Made by a program: the position numbers and the translations under genes
The notes under the pieces: model-generated
What the model was told of the DNA's origin: nothing
Databases searched by the model: none
Seen by the model: only the letters and a program-made list of their open reading frames with translations
In this document: in pieces, positions 24,001 to 37,428 of the stretch
Numbering within the stretch: the stretch's first letter is position 1
Layout of the letters: each line of letters begins with the position of its first letter
Source of the DNA: Caecitellus pseudoparvulus
Lineage: Eukaryota > Protista > Bigyra: Bicosoecida
Assembly: GCA_965644315.1 (NCBI GenBank)
Contig: CBFFRQ010000095.1
Location: 1 to 64,000, forward strand
Length of the DNA stretch: 64,000 bases
Direction: 5' to 3'

Positions 24001-27000
24001 CGACGCTGGTGCTTCGCAAAAAAAACGAGACGTTGTATGGCATGCCGGCTTCGGCCATGGCCAGATGCGGAGCAGGAAGGCTGGTCAACTCCAGCTCGGG
24101 GCTTGAGACGCGCACGGCAGATTCGGTGGTCACACAAAACTCACAGGTGAACCAACTCTGCACAGATGCGTCAAACTCCAGCACGGTGGCGTTCCGCAAA
24201 CCCTTGCTCCCATTCGTAACCAGGAAGTTCAGTGACACGATGAGGACTTCAGGTACAGCATTGTCCGCGTCACTGTTTGAAACTGTGCCCAGGTCAATGA
24301 ATGCTGTTCCAGCGATGGAGTCCACCAGAGCACCAGCTGCAATGGAAGCCCAGGAACCAGAGCTGCTTGACAAGGCCGCCGGAGCTGTGATGGACAGCGA
24401 TTCGCCCTGTGGCAGCAGATCCGCTGTCTTGTTCCAAGACAGTGTCAGGTTGCTGTCAGTGCTGACGCCTTCAGCGAACGTCACGCGCCCCTCAGCTGCG
24501 ACGGTTGAGCCGACAGCTGCCAGCCCTGACGCTGCACCAGTCACAGAGTCCGACACCAGGACCAAGGAGACCAGTGGTGGGGCCATTTCGTATGAAATAA
24601 CAGTGGACTGTTTCGTGTCATTCATGGCAAACGGAAAAATACCCGAGGTGGTCGTGTAGGAAAACGCAACCCCGATGCCTGGCAGCTGGCGCCCGCTCTC
24701 GATGGCAGGGCCGATTGAGAACTGCATCTCCACAGAAACTGCCCCTCCCAGAGGAATCTTGGTCGCAACTTCAATAATCCCCTCCACGTTGATTGAAGCA
24801 ACTGCCGGTGCACCTAGGCTCACACCATCCACTAGCACATCCGACACCGGAAGAAGGCCAGTCAGCACAACAGACCTGACATCGGCACTCACATTGAAAG
24901 CTGGAGCAGAGCTGCCAGACGTATGGGCAATGCGCCACTTGGCGACAATCTCATCAAACGAATCGATCGTTGTGCCAGGCTCCGGATCCCAAGAGGGTCC
25001 GGACCTAAACACAAGCTCAGGCAGCACCAGCGTCAAGTTGTACGGCACACCCGACACCGCCAGCCCACCCGTCGCGCCGCTCACATCTGACACGCCCACA
25101 CTCGTCAGCCGGGGCGTCACACTCACGACCTCACCGGCCACCAGCCCCGCGCTCCCCCGCGCCTCCATGCGCACCGTCACCACCACCGTCTCAGCCACCC
25201 CATTCGACGTGTCGCTGTTCGTCACAGTGCCCAGGGACACCGTCGCGCTCAGGCCGTCCCCCGACACCACGCCCCCAGATGCCACGACGCCCCAGCTCCC
25301 AACCACATCCGTCACAACCGACCCGCTCGACGCCGCCACGCTCACCACGTCCGTCAAGAACACAGGCGACTGTGGGCTGCTCCACCCGCCCAGCGACACC
25401 TCCACCACGCCCGAGCTCGTCACGCCCTCAGGCACCACCACAGTCACCTCTGCCTCCACCACACTGCCAGGGAAAACTGCTCTCGGGGACGTCGACAGAG
25501 ATGCGTCTGCAGTTTCAGTGTCAACACTGCTCTCAGAAATAAGAACCAGCGGCGAAGCGACAAACAGCGAGGTTGAGGCAGGCTGCAGAGTCCAAGAAAG
25601 GGCAGCTGCGCTGCTCAAGGAAGTGGTTGCATACTCAGATGACACTGACAAGTTGGACAGCAAAGAGGCTGATTCAATGACTGTGGTTGGGCGCAACACA
25701 AACTGGACGAGGACAGAAGCGCCAAGGGGCAAAGATTGCGACAGGCGAACGATCCCAACATCGTTTGCGGCCTGCACAGCACCCGTTCCCATGCTCAGCC
25801 CATCCTTCAAGACATCAACAACAGACCACTGACCAACACCAGGAACAATGGACGTCACGTTCGCACTCACGTTGAAAGCAGCCGCTGCACTCGCACTCGC
25901 GTGCCCCACAGTCCACGACACGCGCACCGTGTCACCCGCGTCCACGCTGGACCCCGGAGATGGCAACCATGTCGGACCACTCACCACCTCCAGCTCAGGC
26001 AGCACCAGCGTCAAGTTGTATGGCACACCCGACACCGCCAGCCCACCCGTCGCGCCGCTCACATCTGACACGCCCACACTCGTCAGCCGCGGCGTCACAC
26101 TCACGACCTCACCAGCCACCAGCCCCGCGCTCCCCCGCGCCTCCATGCGCACCGTCACCACCACCGTCTCAGCCACCCCATTCGACGTGTCGCTGTTCGT
26201 CACAGTGCCCAGGGACACCGTCGCGCTCAGGCCGTCCCCCGACACCACGCCCCCAGATGCCACGACGCCCCAGCTCCCAACCACATCCGTCACAACCGAC
26301 CCGCTCGACGCCGCCACGCTCACCACGTCCGTCAAGAACACAGGCGACTGTGGGCTGCTCCACCCGCCCAGCGACACCTCCACCACGCCCGAGCTCGTCA
26401 CGCCCTCAGGCACCACCACAGTCACCTCTGCCTCCACCACACTGCCGGAGAACACCTCACGCGGCGCCGCGCTGCCACTTGCGCCCGCCGTCGCAGCATC
26501 CAGGAACGACTCCACAATGGACATGGACGGAGCATGCACAGTCATCACCACTGGCGTCATGTCCACCACGTTGCTCGCAGCCACCGCACTCGTCTCAGAC
26601 GTGCTCGTGTACGGCACAGTCACAACCAAGGCGGGCAGGTCCACCGCACTCTCCACGGTGCCCTGCACAACCAGCTCCACCTTCACATCTGCTGTGGCAC
26701 CCAGCGGCAGCTGGCTCATCAGCTGCACCACGCCGTCGCCGTTCGCAGCCGTCACAGCACCAGCTCCGAGGGACCCACCGCCCACCAGCACGTCCACCAC
26801 AGCCATCTCACCCCCAACCACCATGGACGTCACGTTCGCACTCACGTTGAAAGCAGCCGCTGCGCTCGCACTCGCGTGCCCCACAGTCCACGACACGCGC
26901 ACCGTGTCACCCGCGTCCACGCTGGACCCCGGAGATGGCAACCATGTCGGTCCACTCACCACCTCCAGCTCAGGCAGCACCAGCGTCAAGTTGTACGGCA

Positions 27001-30000
27001 CACCCGACACCGCCAGCCCGCCCGTCGCGCCGCTCACATCTGACACGCCCACACTCGTCAGCCGCGGCGTCACACTCACGACCTCACCAGCCACCAGCCC
27101 CGCGCTCCCCCGCGCCTCCATGCGCACCGTCACCACCACCGTCTCAGCCACCCCATTCGACGTGTCGCTGTTCGTCACAGTGCCCAGGGACACCGTCGCG
27201 CTCAGGCCGTCCCCCGACACCACGCCCCCAGATGCCACGACGCCCCAGCTCCCAACCACATCCGTCACAACCGACCCGCTCGACGCCGCCACGCTCACCA
27301 CGTCCGTCAAGAACACAGGCGACTGTGGGCTGCTCCACCCGCCCAGCGACACCTCCACCACGCCCGAGCTCGTCACGCCCTCAGGCACCACCACAGTCAC
27401 CTCTGCCTCCACCACACTGCCGGAGAACACCTCACGCGGCGCCGCGCTGCCACTTGCGCCCGCCGTCGCAGCATCCAGGAACGACTCCACAATGGACATG
27501 GACGGAGCATGCACAGTCATCACCACTGGCGTCATGTCCACCACGTTGCTCGCAGCCACCGCACTCGTCTCAGACGTGCTCGTGTACGGCACAGTCACAA
27601 CCAAGGCGGGCAGGTCCACCGCACTCTCCACGGTGCCCTGCACAACCAGCTCCACCTCCACATCTGCTGTGGCACCCAGCGGCAGCTGGCTCATCAGCTG
27701 CACCACGCCGTCGCCGTTCGCAGCCGTCACAGCACCAGCTCCGAGGGACCCACCGCCCACCAGCACGTCCACCACCGCCATCTCACCCCCAACCACCATG
27801 GACGTCACGTTCGCACTCACGTTGAAAGCAGCCGCTGCGCTCGCACTCGCGTGCCCCACAGTCCACGACACGCGCACCGTGTCACCCGCGTCCACGCTGG
27901 ACCCCGGAGATGGCAACCATGTCGGACCACTCACCACCTCCAGCTCAGGCAGCACCAGCGTCAAGTTGTATGGCACACCCGACACCGCCAGCCCACCCGT
28001 CGCGCCGCTCACATCTGACACGCCCACACTCGTCAGCCGCGGCGTCACACTCACGACCTCACCAGCCACCAGCCCAGCGCTCCCCCGTGCCTCCATGCGC
28101 ACCGTCACCACCACCGTCTCAGCCACCCCATTCGACGTGTCGCTGTTCGTCACAGTGCCCAGGGACACCGTCGCGCTCAGGCCGTCCCCCGACACCACGC
28201 CCCCAGATGCCACGACGCCCCAGCTCCCAACCACATCCGTCACAACCGACCCGCTCGACGCCGCCACGCTCACCACGTCCGTCAAGAACACAGGCGACTG
28301 TGGGCTGCTCCACCCGCCCAGCGACACCTCCACCACGCCCGAGCTCGTCACGCCCTCAGGCACCACCACAGTCACCTCTGCCTCCACCACACTGCCGGAG
28401 AACACCTCACGCGGCGCCGCGCTGCCACTTGCGCCCGCCGTCGCAGCATCCAGGAACGACTCCACAATGGACATGGACGGAGCATGCACAGTCATCACCA
28501 CTGGCGTCATGTCCACCACGTTGCTCGCAGCCACCGCACTCGTCTCAGACGTGCTCGTGTACGGCACAGTCACAACCAAGGCGGGCAGGTCCACCGCACT
28601 CTCCACGGTGCCCTGCACAACCAGCTCCACCTCCACATCTGCTGTGGCACCCAGCGGCAGCTGGCTCATCAGCTGCACCACGCCGTCGTCGTTCGCAGCT
28701 GTCACAGCACCAGCTCCGAGGGACCCGCCGCCCACCAGCACGTCCACCACCGCCATCTCACCACCGACCACCATGGACGTCACGTTCGCACTCACGTTGA
28801 AAGCAGCCGCTGCACTCGCACTCGCGTGCCCCACAGTCCACGACACGCGCACCGTGTCACCCGCGTCCACGCTGGACCCCGGAGATGGCAACCATGTCGG
28901 ACCACTCACCACCTCCAGCTCAGGCAGCACCAGCGTCAAGTTGTATGGCACACCCGACACCGCCAGCCCACCCGTCGCGCCGCTCACATCTGACACGCCC
29001 ACACTCGTCAGCCGCGGCGTCACACTCACGACCTCACCAGCCACCAGCCCAGCGCTCCCCCGTGCCTCCATGCGCACCGTCACCACCACCGTCTCAGCCA
29101 CCCCATTCGACGTGTCGCTGTTCGTCACAGTGCCCAGGGACACCGTCGCGCTCAGGCCGTCCCCCGACACCACGCCCCCAGACGCCACGCCGCCCCAGCT
29201 CCCAACCACATCCGTCACAACCGACCCGCTCGACACCGCCACGCTCACCACGTCCGTCAAGAACACAGGCGACTGTGGGCTGCTCCACCCGCCCAGCGAC
29301 ACCTCCACCACGCCCGAGCTCGTCACGCCCTCAGGCACCACCACAGTCACCTCTGCCTCCACCACACTGCCGGAGAACACCTCACGCGGCGCCGCGCTGC
29401 CACTTGCGCCCGCCGTCGCAGCATCCAGGAACGACTCCACAATGGACATGGATGGGGTTCGAATCTCAACAGTCGCATTCGTCGCGTTGGTGGAGAGAGC
29501 CGCCGCGGGATATCCGGGCTGGGCGGCGCTGGGATGCGACAGGTATGAAGCAGAGAACGAAGGCGATACAAATGTCGCGCTCTCTGCGTCAACGTACACC
29601 ACCGCGTCAATGTCCACGACCGCCATCACACCAGGAGCGAGACTGCTGAGCGTTGCCAGGAGCAAGGGGGAACCAGCGCCGCCTGGCCCATTCCCAGCGC
29701 TGGCAAGTCCAGCAACTGGGTCACCTGCAACATTCGCTGAAAACACCGTGACGCTGTCAACCTGCACACGCTCGATGCGATAGTAATCGGACAGCAGGGC
29801 AGCATCGTACAGAGCAAGGGAGCGGGCATTCGAGGCGTTCTGCCCGCTGCCCGCCTCCAGGGTAGCTGTGAAGGAGAGGGAGTCGCCTGCATCCAGCGGC
29901 CCAACTGATGCTGGGGCACTGCTCAAAGTCACCGTCGGGCCAGCGATCTGGACTGATGCGGAGGCTTCCGTCAGTACTTGATAGGGGCCCAGCGGTGGGG

Positions 30001-33000
30001 CATTTGGGGCTTGAGTGCCAGTCGTTGATAGCGTGTACCCCAGGCTTGCAGTGGCAGAGACAACCCCTCCCACCAACGCGGATGTTGGCACAGCCGCTCG
30101 AAACACCACTGTGAAAGAGCGGGAGGCGGCAGCAGAGTTCCGCAAGGTCCCGAAGTCAATGACGATGGAATCTGCGTTGACAGTCGTCGCTCCTGCAACA
30201 TTGCCAGCAGAGAGAGTTGTGGAAGAGAAAGATGGCGGGTTGTGGGCCAGCACGTCACCGGAGGCTTCTGTGATGCTGTCAACCGCGATCAGACTCAGTG
30301 TGTCCTCAGGGGCGCCTGTCAGCCCGACCCCAGCCAGGGCCAGGGTTAGTTGTGCTGAGTGCAGAACGCCGGTAAAGGGCAGCGTGATTTGCGTGGTGAA
30401 GGAGACGGTTTCCCCAACCACCACGAAGGGCGGGTCGCTACCGCCGAGGTCCCCCGACACTGACAGGCCCTGAGCCAAGGCATTGTTCGTTTGCACCCAC
30501 TGGGGCGGGAAACCTGTAAAGTCCACGACGCTGGGAACAGCCAGTGTCACGTTGAAGTTCGGGTCTGTGTCCCCCAGCGGGCGGACAATGTCGAAGCCAT
30601 GCGTGGCAGACAGCACAGGCAAGGGGACAAGCTGGGCCTGCCCAGCTTCCATGTCAGGCACGCTCACTGTCACGAGCACCGTCGTCACGAGCGTTTCTGG
30701 GTTGTCAAGGGTGAACACGGCCCCAGGCACGCCGGAAGCGGTTGCGGCCGCAGCGGCAGCCGTGCCAGCGGCTGCATCTCCATTCACAACCACGGCGGAA
30801 ATGGTGTACTCGCCTGCCGCTGCAGTCGCGTCGACAAAGGCCACTTCCCGCACGACCACATCCAAGGCAGGGTCAGCCCTGCGAGTCAGCGTCACTGAAT
30901 AGGTGATGGCACCCGGCCGCGTCGTGAGAAAGGCATTGTTGGCCTCAACCTTCACAGAGGAAAAGACTTGCCGTGGGTAGTACGTAATGGGCTCAGGGAA
31001 CGTGGAGAACATCCCACAGGAACCAGCGTTGGACAGGGAGAGGTTAGCCTGCGGCTCCAGGGCTGACGTCGGCAGGCTGGACAGCTCCGACCGCTGGGGT
31101 AGCGTGCACACCACGGCCGAATCGTTGAGGAACTGGGGCCTGCTGAGGATGGTGTTGTTCTCTGGCTCTCCATCCAGCAAGGTGGAACAGAACAAGTTCG
31201 GGGACTGCTCAAAGTCAGCGCCTTGCACGAGCACTTCCAGCTCAGCGTCAGAGGCGTCTTCCCACAGCGTCAGGGGGGACGCCGAAATGAGCGGCGGCGC
31301 CAGCACGGCATCTGGCTCGGGGATGAAGAGCTGCACAACGAGGTTGCGCGAGATGGCGTTTGCGTTGTCCACTGCGAAGAAGGACATGGAGTAGGAGCCC
31401 GTCTGGGCCGGGGTGGGCGTCCAGTCGAAGCTGAGCACGAGGGGGTTGGCCGTTGGCGCATTGGTGTGCGTGAGGGTCGCCCCTGGCGGCAGGTCAGATG
31501 ACGTGATTTCAATGTCATCGCAGACGTCGATGCCGTCCACTGCCGTGATGTTGAACTGCAGCGACTCCCCGAGCAGCACGCACTCGGCGAGCGTCTCTGA
31601 CACGAGGGAAGTCGTGATATTGGGGGCGTTGTTCTCCAAGCACAGCGCGGAGTTCGTCTTGCAATTCGTGGTGCCATCCTCCAGACAGTCCACGTCGTCG
31701 CCGCACTGGTAGCAGTTGTTGCCGCCAGTGCACCCCATGCAGTACTTGTCTGGTTCGACGACTTCCACGAGGAAGTCCACCACGCTGCGGCAGCTGCCGT
31801 CGGAAACCACGATGACAACTGGGTGCAGGGCGCCAACAGAGGACTGCGTGGCGTCAAAAGTGATCAGGCCGGTCTCGTTGTTCACCGAGACGCCGGCAAA
31901 CTGCTCGATGCCGCCGTCTTCCGAGCCGTCAGCGAGTCGGAATGTCACGGGGTCATTGTTCCGGTCTACCACCGGCAGGAACCAAGTCACCACGCGGGCA
32001 TTGCTGACAAGCTGAATGGGCACTTGTGTGGAGACGGGGCAGGAGTTGATGAAGGACCTGCCGTACGTGTTCAGGTCCACTTCGGTCCACAGGTTCCACG
32101 CGCCGTCTGTAAGGGGGGCAAGGGAAGCGAGGAGTGGCCAGGCACCACCCAGGCGCCTCGGGCAATACGCTGCACCTACCTGCCCCGTTAGCGAGCGTGC
32201 TGATGCGGCAGCAAGACTGGTACGAGACGTAGTATGGGTCTCCAGGCGGGTTTGCGGCAGTGTACGTGTGTGTCCACGTCTTGGTGCCGATGATGTAGTC
32301 GTCTGCGTTGTTCTGGGCCGTGACGACGTAGTCATTCAAGTCCTCGGAGGTGGAATCATCATGGTCAAATGACCCCTGTGCAGGCGGGCGGCGTGAAGCG
32401 TTCCGTACAGAGCGTAGCTGCTGCTGGGCGTGACACGGTGAAACGCTGGCGAAGCCTGCGGCGGACCCAGCACTCGCTCCCCACAGTCGAACAACAGCGC
32501 CGGAGGCATGACTCACGGAGTGATCATAGGTGTCTCCAACATTGGGATTGGGGTTGAAGTAGGTTCTTCGCCTGCAGAGTGGGGAGGGGAGCCGGGTTTG
32601 CTGAGGACAGGTCGCGGCAACCTGCACTGCGTCAGCACACACCATGCAATAACAGCGGTGAACTCGATCGTCAAGTCATTCACATCCGCGCCAACGTGCT
32701 GCCATGATAACTTGCCGAACCTGTGAACTCGAAAAGGGCGCGTGTGGTGCGTTTGGACGGCCTGACAGGCAAACATCAACGAGTGTCAGCGAGGGTAAAC
32801 CCCCGACACGCGGCACCGAGGAGCACCAGGCCCACGTTCCAGCATGGCACACGATGGGCAGCTGTCGGGCATTTTACGCATCTACATAGGGCTTTCATGG
32901 CTGCCCGATCCCACCCGCCGCCACGGCGCGTGCTACAACGCTGCCTTCCTTTGGAACGCTGGGTGCAGCGTTTTGCCCCCTGCCTGCACTTACCGCCAGT

Positions 33001-33058
33001 GCGTGCCTTGCACGGCGCCGAGAAGTGCCAAGAGGCACAGAATGACACATGTGTGCAT
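15098..33058 (-). CDS. Giant (~5,800 aa) cell-surface protein: signal peptide, N-terminal Cys-containing domain, long array of Ig-like/beta-sandwich repeats, EGF-like and TSP1 domains, multi-pass membrane C-terminus
   Basis: ATG 33058 gives MHTCVILCLLALLGAVQGTHWR|FGKLSWQ...IAW|RRTYF...DHS|GSFDH...SCCRISTLANGA|(G)DGAWNLW through four GT..AG introns (first is 32993-32721), then one ~17 kb exon. EGF-like CSGNGRC..CVCDDGWMGGAC. TSP1 DCLVSAWSNF..GTMTRTREVLIPPAYGGAACP. About eight hydrophobic helices in 17420-15330. Confidence 0.88.
25016..29451 (-). repeat. 975-bp (325-aa) near-identical coding tandem repeat: about 3.7 copies at 25848-29451 plus a further half-unit at 25016-25470
   Basis: Near-identical shadow ORFs recur at 25960, 26935, 27910 and 28885 (spacing 975). 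Only scattered substitutions separate the copies. Confidence 0.98.
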
Positions 33059-33797
33059 CCTGTGTACTTCCTGGTACGATGAAAGCTGGCCGAACGTGCG
33101 GCTGGGAGTCCAGCAGCGCCTCGAAGCTGTCCACGCACGCCCAGCTCAGCTGCTCCGACGAAGCAATGGTCCACGGAGCACTGCAGGCAGCAGGATCAGA
33201 ATGCAGGGTAATCAAGCTCATCAGCAGCAAGACTTGTTCGTGATTAAGTTATTGTGTTCCGCATCTACCAGATGTGCGCCAGCACGCAGTCCGGCTTTGC
33301 CCCGCTCACGTGCGGGCTCGACGTCGGGAGAAGTCGTGGCCTGGCCCGCTGCCTCCACGCATAGCGCGCGCCTACAGAGCACCGCAGCTCACCACAGACT
33401 GAAACGCGTCGTATTCGGGGTTATCATACACTGTTCCGGTCAGACAAAGACCTCTTGTTGTTGAACTTCATCGGCTCGCAGGGCAACCAAGTGGCAAAAC
33501 ATGGGCGCAACACACAGTGTGTAGGCCCTGGCTGAGGTACCGCTCACTTTCTAGGCGAAACTGGTGCTGTGTACTTCAAAATAAACAAAAAATCTTGCTG
33601 GGGGCAACTGTACTGCACCCCCTTCCTTTAGGCACACTTGCCTCATTCGATTACGCTCCGCTCAGCTGGCACTCTTCAGCTTCAAACTGAAGCAGCTGTT
33701 GGCGTTTCATGAAACCCGGCACGGGGACTGTGTTTGTGCTCACAAGCGCTTTAGGATTGAGTCCTTGCGCCCTGCTCTCTGAGATAGCCGTTGCAGC

Positions 33798-36700
33798 ATG
33801 AAAGACAACATAGAAAAACACCTCAAGGAGCTCAGGACTTCCACGCCGGGCAGTGGGGCGCTCAAACGGTGTGTGCCGGCGTTTCACACGCAACACTGTA
33901 CTTCTCGCACACAACGCCGATCCCGTTTTCCCCAGCTCTGGATCGAGGCAGCCACTCTGCAGTCTTCGCAAGGCCAACATTGACCCGCAACATGTGTCCA
34001 CGAGCCCACTCAAGGCGCTATCGGCGTGGAAACCGGCCAGCGCTGCCCCTTGGCCCGTCCCGCCTTCCTCCACCGCTGCTGAGCAGCCAGCCCGTGCGCC
34101 GGCCCGGCACCACGCAGGCCAGCACGAGAGGCAGCGCCCAGCCCCACAAGGACCCAGAAGTGATATTCAAGACTCTGCCCTCGCTGCCCTCGCCCTTCCG
34201 ACCGCGGCGGGAGGCAGCGGGCAGCTCGGCAGCTCCGCTCGCCGAGCCGCATTGGGCGTCGCGTCGTCAGCACCAGCAGAGAAGCCAGGCCCTGAGGCAG
34301 CGCTTGCAGCATTGTCCCGGGATCTCATCACCTGCATTCATTCTGGCGCGCCGCTGCAGCTACCAGCAGTGCAGCGCTACAACGCTCTCTTGCGCCTGGC
34401 CCAAGGTGCCAGCGGCGGAGCACAAGGTGCCAGCGCTAGCGGCGGAGCTCATGAAGCCAGCGCTAGCGGTGGAGCAGTGGCGGTGCCGCTGGCGTCTCCT
34501 GTGCAGCTGCCTGTGGCAGCCGAGGCGCCCCCCGCGCACCGCCCTGCCTCAAGCGGCTCCTGCGGCCACCTTGGTCGCTCCACCGCCTCCATGGCTGTCG
34601 TGGCGGCACTCACGGAAGGAGGCGGCGAGCGAGGGGGCAGTGTCTCTGCCTCCAGCGCAGCAGGAGGTGTGGCAGCTGCCCCTGCGGCAGTACAAGCTGC
34701 ACCGCCGCCCCCCCCTCCACCCGCCACGGCGGCGACAGTGCCACCTGCCCAGGAGTGGGCCATCTCTCGTCAGTACAGCCTGGCGCAAGGCGTCTGGGCG
34801 CGTCTGCGGAAGGAGAACTTCGCTCGCTTCGGCCACCGTGGCTTGCGGGGGCAGCAGCCCGGGGTCATGGCAGCTGCCCTGGCAGGGAAAGACGTGTTTG
34901 TGCTCATGCCCACTGGCGGCGGGAAGAGTCTGTGCTACCAGCTCCCAGCAGTCGTGACAGGCGGTCTGACCGTCGTGGTGTCGCCGCTGCTGTCCCTCAT
35001 CCACGACCAGGTGGCCCACCTGCGAGCCATCAGCGTCGCGGTGCAGCATCTCAGCTCTGAGCAGGACGATGGAGAGCGCAGACTGGTCATGGACATGCTG
35101 TGGGACATGGCGACGGGGCAGGCTGCTCCTGGACAGCGGCCCCTGTACCTGGCAGAGCCTTCCAAGCCGCCGGCCGTGGAGCCTGTGAACTTGCTGTATG
35201 TCACGCCCGAGAAGGTGAACCAGTCCCCCGCCTTCCAGCGCCTGCTTGCAGCGCTGTACGATGTGGGCAAGCTGAGCCGCTTCGTCATTGACGAGGCGCA
35301 CTGCATCAGCCAGTGGGGGCATGCGTTTCGACCGGACTACATGGCACTGGGCAAGCTGAAGACAGCCTTCCCCGCCGTGCCCCTCATGGCGCTCACCGCG
35401 ACGGCAACACACAGCGTCGTGCATGATGTCGTGTCGAATTTGGGCATGTCAGCAGATGCTGCCGTGTTCAAGCAGTCGTTCAACCGACCCAACTTGCGGT
35501 ACGAGGTGCGGAAGAAGACTCAAGGCGCGCTCATCGGCAAGAACGGCAAGGTGGGGGGTGTCGCCAAGCTCGTCGTGCAGTACTTGCAAACCAGGTGGTG
35601 TCGGAAGTCTGCCGGGCCCGCTGCCGCACAGGCTTCAGGCGCCATGGTGCCGGAGTGCGGCATTGTGTATTGCTTGAGTCGCCAGGAGTGTGAGGACATG
35701 TCCAACGCCATCAACATCGCGTTCGGCGCGCCCACCGATGCCGAAGTGTATGCGGCAGAGGCGCGTGGCGGCCGCCTCAGCCGCAGTCGCATTGCCACTC
35801 ACTACCACGCGGGATCCAGTCACAAGGCGGCCAACCACGAGGCGTGGTCAGGGGACAGAGTGCCTGTCATCTGCGCGACTGTGGCGTTTGGCATGGGCAT
35901 CAACCGGCCCGATGTCCGCTTTGTGCTGCACAGCAGCATGCCCAAGAGCGTCACGCACTACTACCAGGAGTCGGGACGGGCAGGGCGGGATGGAGAGCCC
36001 GCTACCTGTGTGCTTTTCTTCTCACACTCGGACAAGGGCAGGCAGGAACACTTGATCCGGGAGAGCACGACGTCCCGAGCCTTGGTGCAGCATCAGCTAG
36101 ACCAGCTGGCGTCCATGGTGAACTACTGCAACTCCTTCGGCTGCCGGCGCCACGCCATCGTGTCGTACTTCGGAGAGGAGTTTGATGCCACCCTCTGCGC
36201 CGGCACCTGCGATAACTGCAGGGCAGGCGTGACCAGTGTCGCCACGGACGTCACTGAGGCCGCCAAGCTCGTGGCGGCGGCAGTGCAGGGCAGCCCTGGC
36301 GTCTTCACCATGAAGCAGCTCGCGACGGTGTTCCGGGGCGCCTCTTTCGACAAGCGCAACCGCGAGCGCATGGAGCGCCTGCGAGGCGACAGCCCAGCCC
36401 TGGCTGCCTTGTGGGGCGCTGGCGCCCGATGGAGCAAGGCGGAGGTGGAGCGCGTCATCTTCGCGCTGACCATGCAGGGCGTGCTGCAGGAGCAACGCGT
36501 CACGAACGCAGCGGGGTACGGCAACGACCGCGTGTTTGGTGGGCCACAGGCTGCCGCTCTGCTGGCTGGTCGCATCACCGCCACGGTGCGGTTTGAAGGC
36601 GCGCGGCAGAAGCCCGCGGCAGCCCGTGCGCAAGCGCCTGCGCCCGCCCCACAAGCGGTGGCGGCGGCGCCCAAACCCACGACACAAAGAGCAGCGGGCA

Positions 36701-37428
36701 GCCAGGCCAAGGTGCGACCCATGGTGAACCCCATGCCGCGCCTGCCAGCGACGGCGAGCCTGACGACACCCGAGACGCAGGCGGTGCCCGGAGCAGAGGA
36801 GGTGGAGGATTCGGTGCAGGGGCTTGCCCTGACGCAAGCAGCAGAGGACGAGCATGGGGGCGTGGACAGCGACACGCTGGCGCCGTTCCTCACCACTGTG
36901 CTGGGCGCGCCACATCGGGCGCTGGCGCTGTACCAGCAGCTGTGGCCTGCATTCGTCACTGCCGTGCACAAACACAACGAGGTCAAGTTGGCGGGGGGGC
37001 AGCGGGCCATGGTGCAGGCGCCAGGCCAGCACATCTCCAAGGCAGCCATGAAAGCCATCGCCTGTGCTGCGCCCACGGAGGAGAGCGCCCTGGCAGCAGT
37101 GGAGGGCGTTGGCACGACCCGTGCCAGGCGGTGGGGCTCCCTCCTGCTGCCCCTCATCCAAGCCTTTCTGGACCGGGAGGAGGGGGGAGGGGGTGTGCGA
37201 GCAGAGACCGCTTCTCCAGCCCCAGGCGGCGGCGGCGGCGGCGGCGGACGGCCTGACAGCGGCAAGTCTCCGTACTTCCTAGGAGGGGGCAAGCGGCCGT
37301 TGGAGGGGACGGGTGACGGCGAAGCACCATCACACCACCAGCACAAGCGCAGCGGCAGCAGTGCCCCCGCAGCGGTGCCCAGCTCCATGTCTTCACTGGA
37401 GGACGACTTTGCCGCCCTCTTTGGCTGA
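33798..37428 (+). CDS. RecQ family DNA helicase (BLM/Sgs1-like) with RQC zinc-binding, winged-helix and HRDC regions; intron 33869-33935
   Basis: MPTGGGKSLCYQLPA, VVVSPLLSLIHDQV, LLYVTPEK, FVIDEAHCISQWGHAFRPDY, ALTATAT, SFNRPNL, ATVAFGMGINRPDVRFV, YYQESGRAGRDG, CRR..YFGE..CDNC, HRDC-like VEGVGTTRARRWG. Confidence 0.97.

Noticed and set aside
25848-29783. 1,311-aa Thr/Pro/Ser-rich plus-strand ORF and the repeated 296/169/64-aa ORFs
   Set aside because: Antisense or off-frame shadows of the Val/Gly-rich 975-bp repeat in the giant gene.
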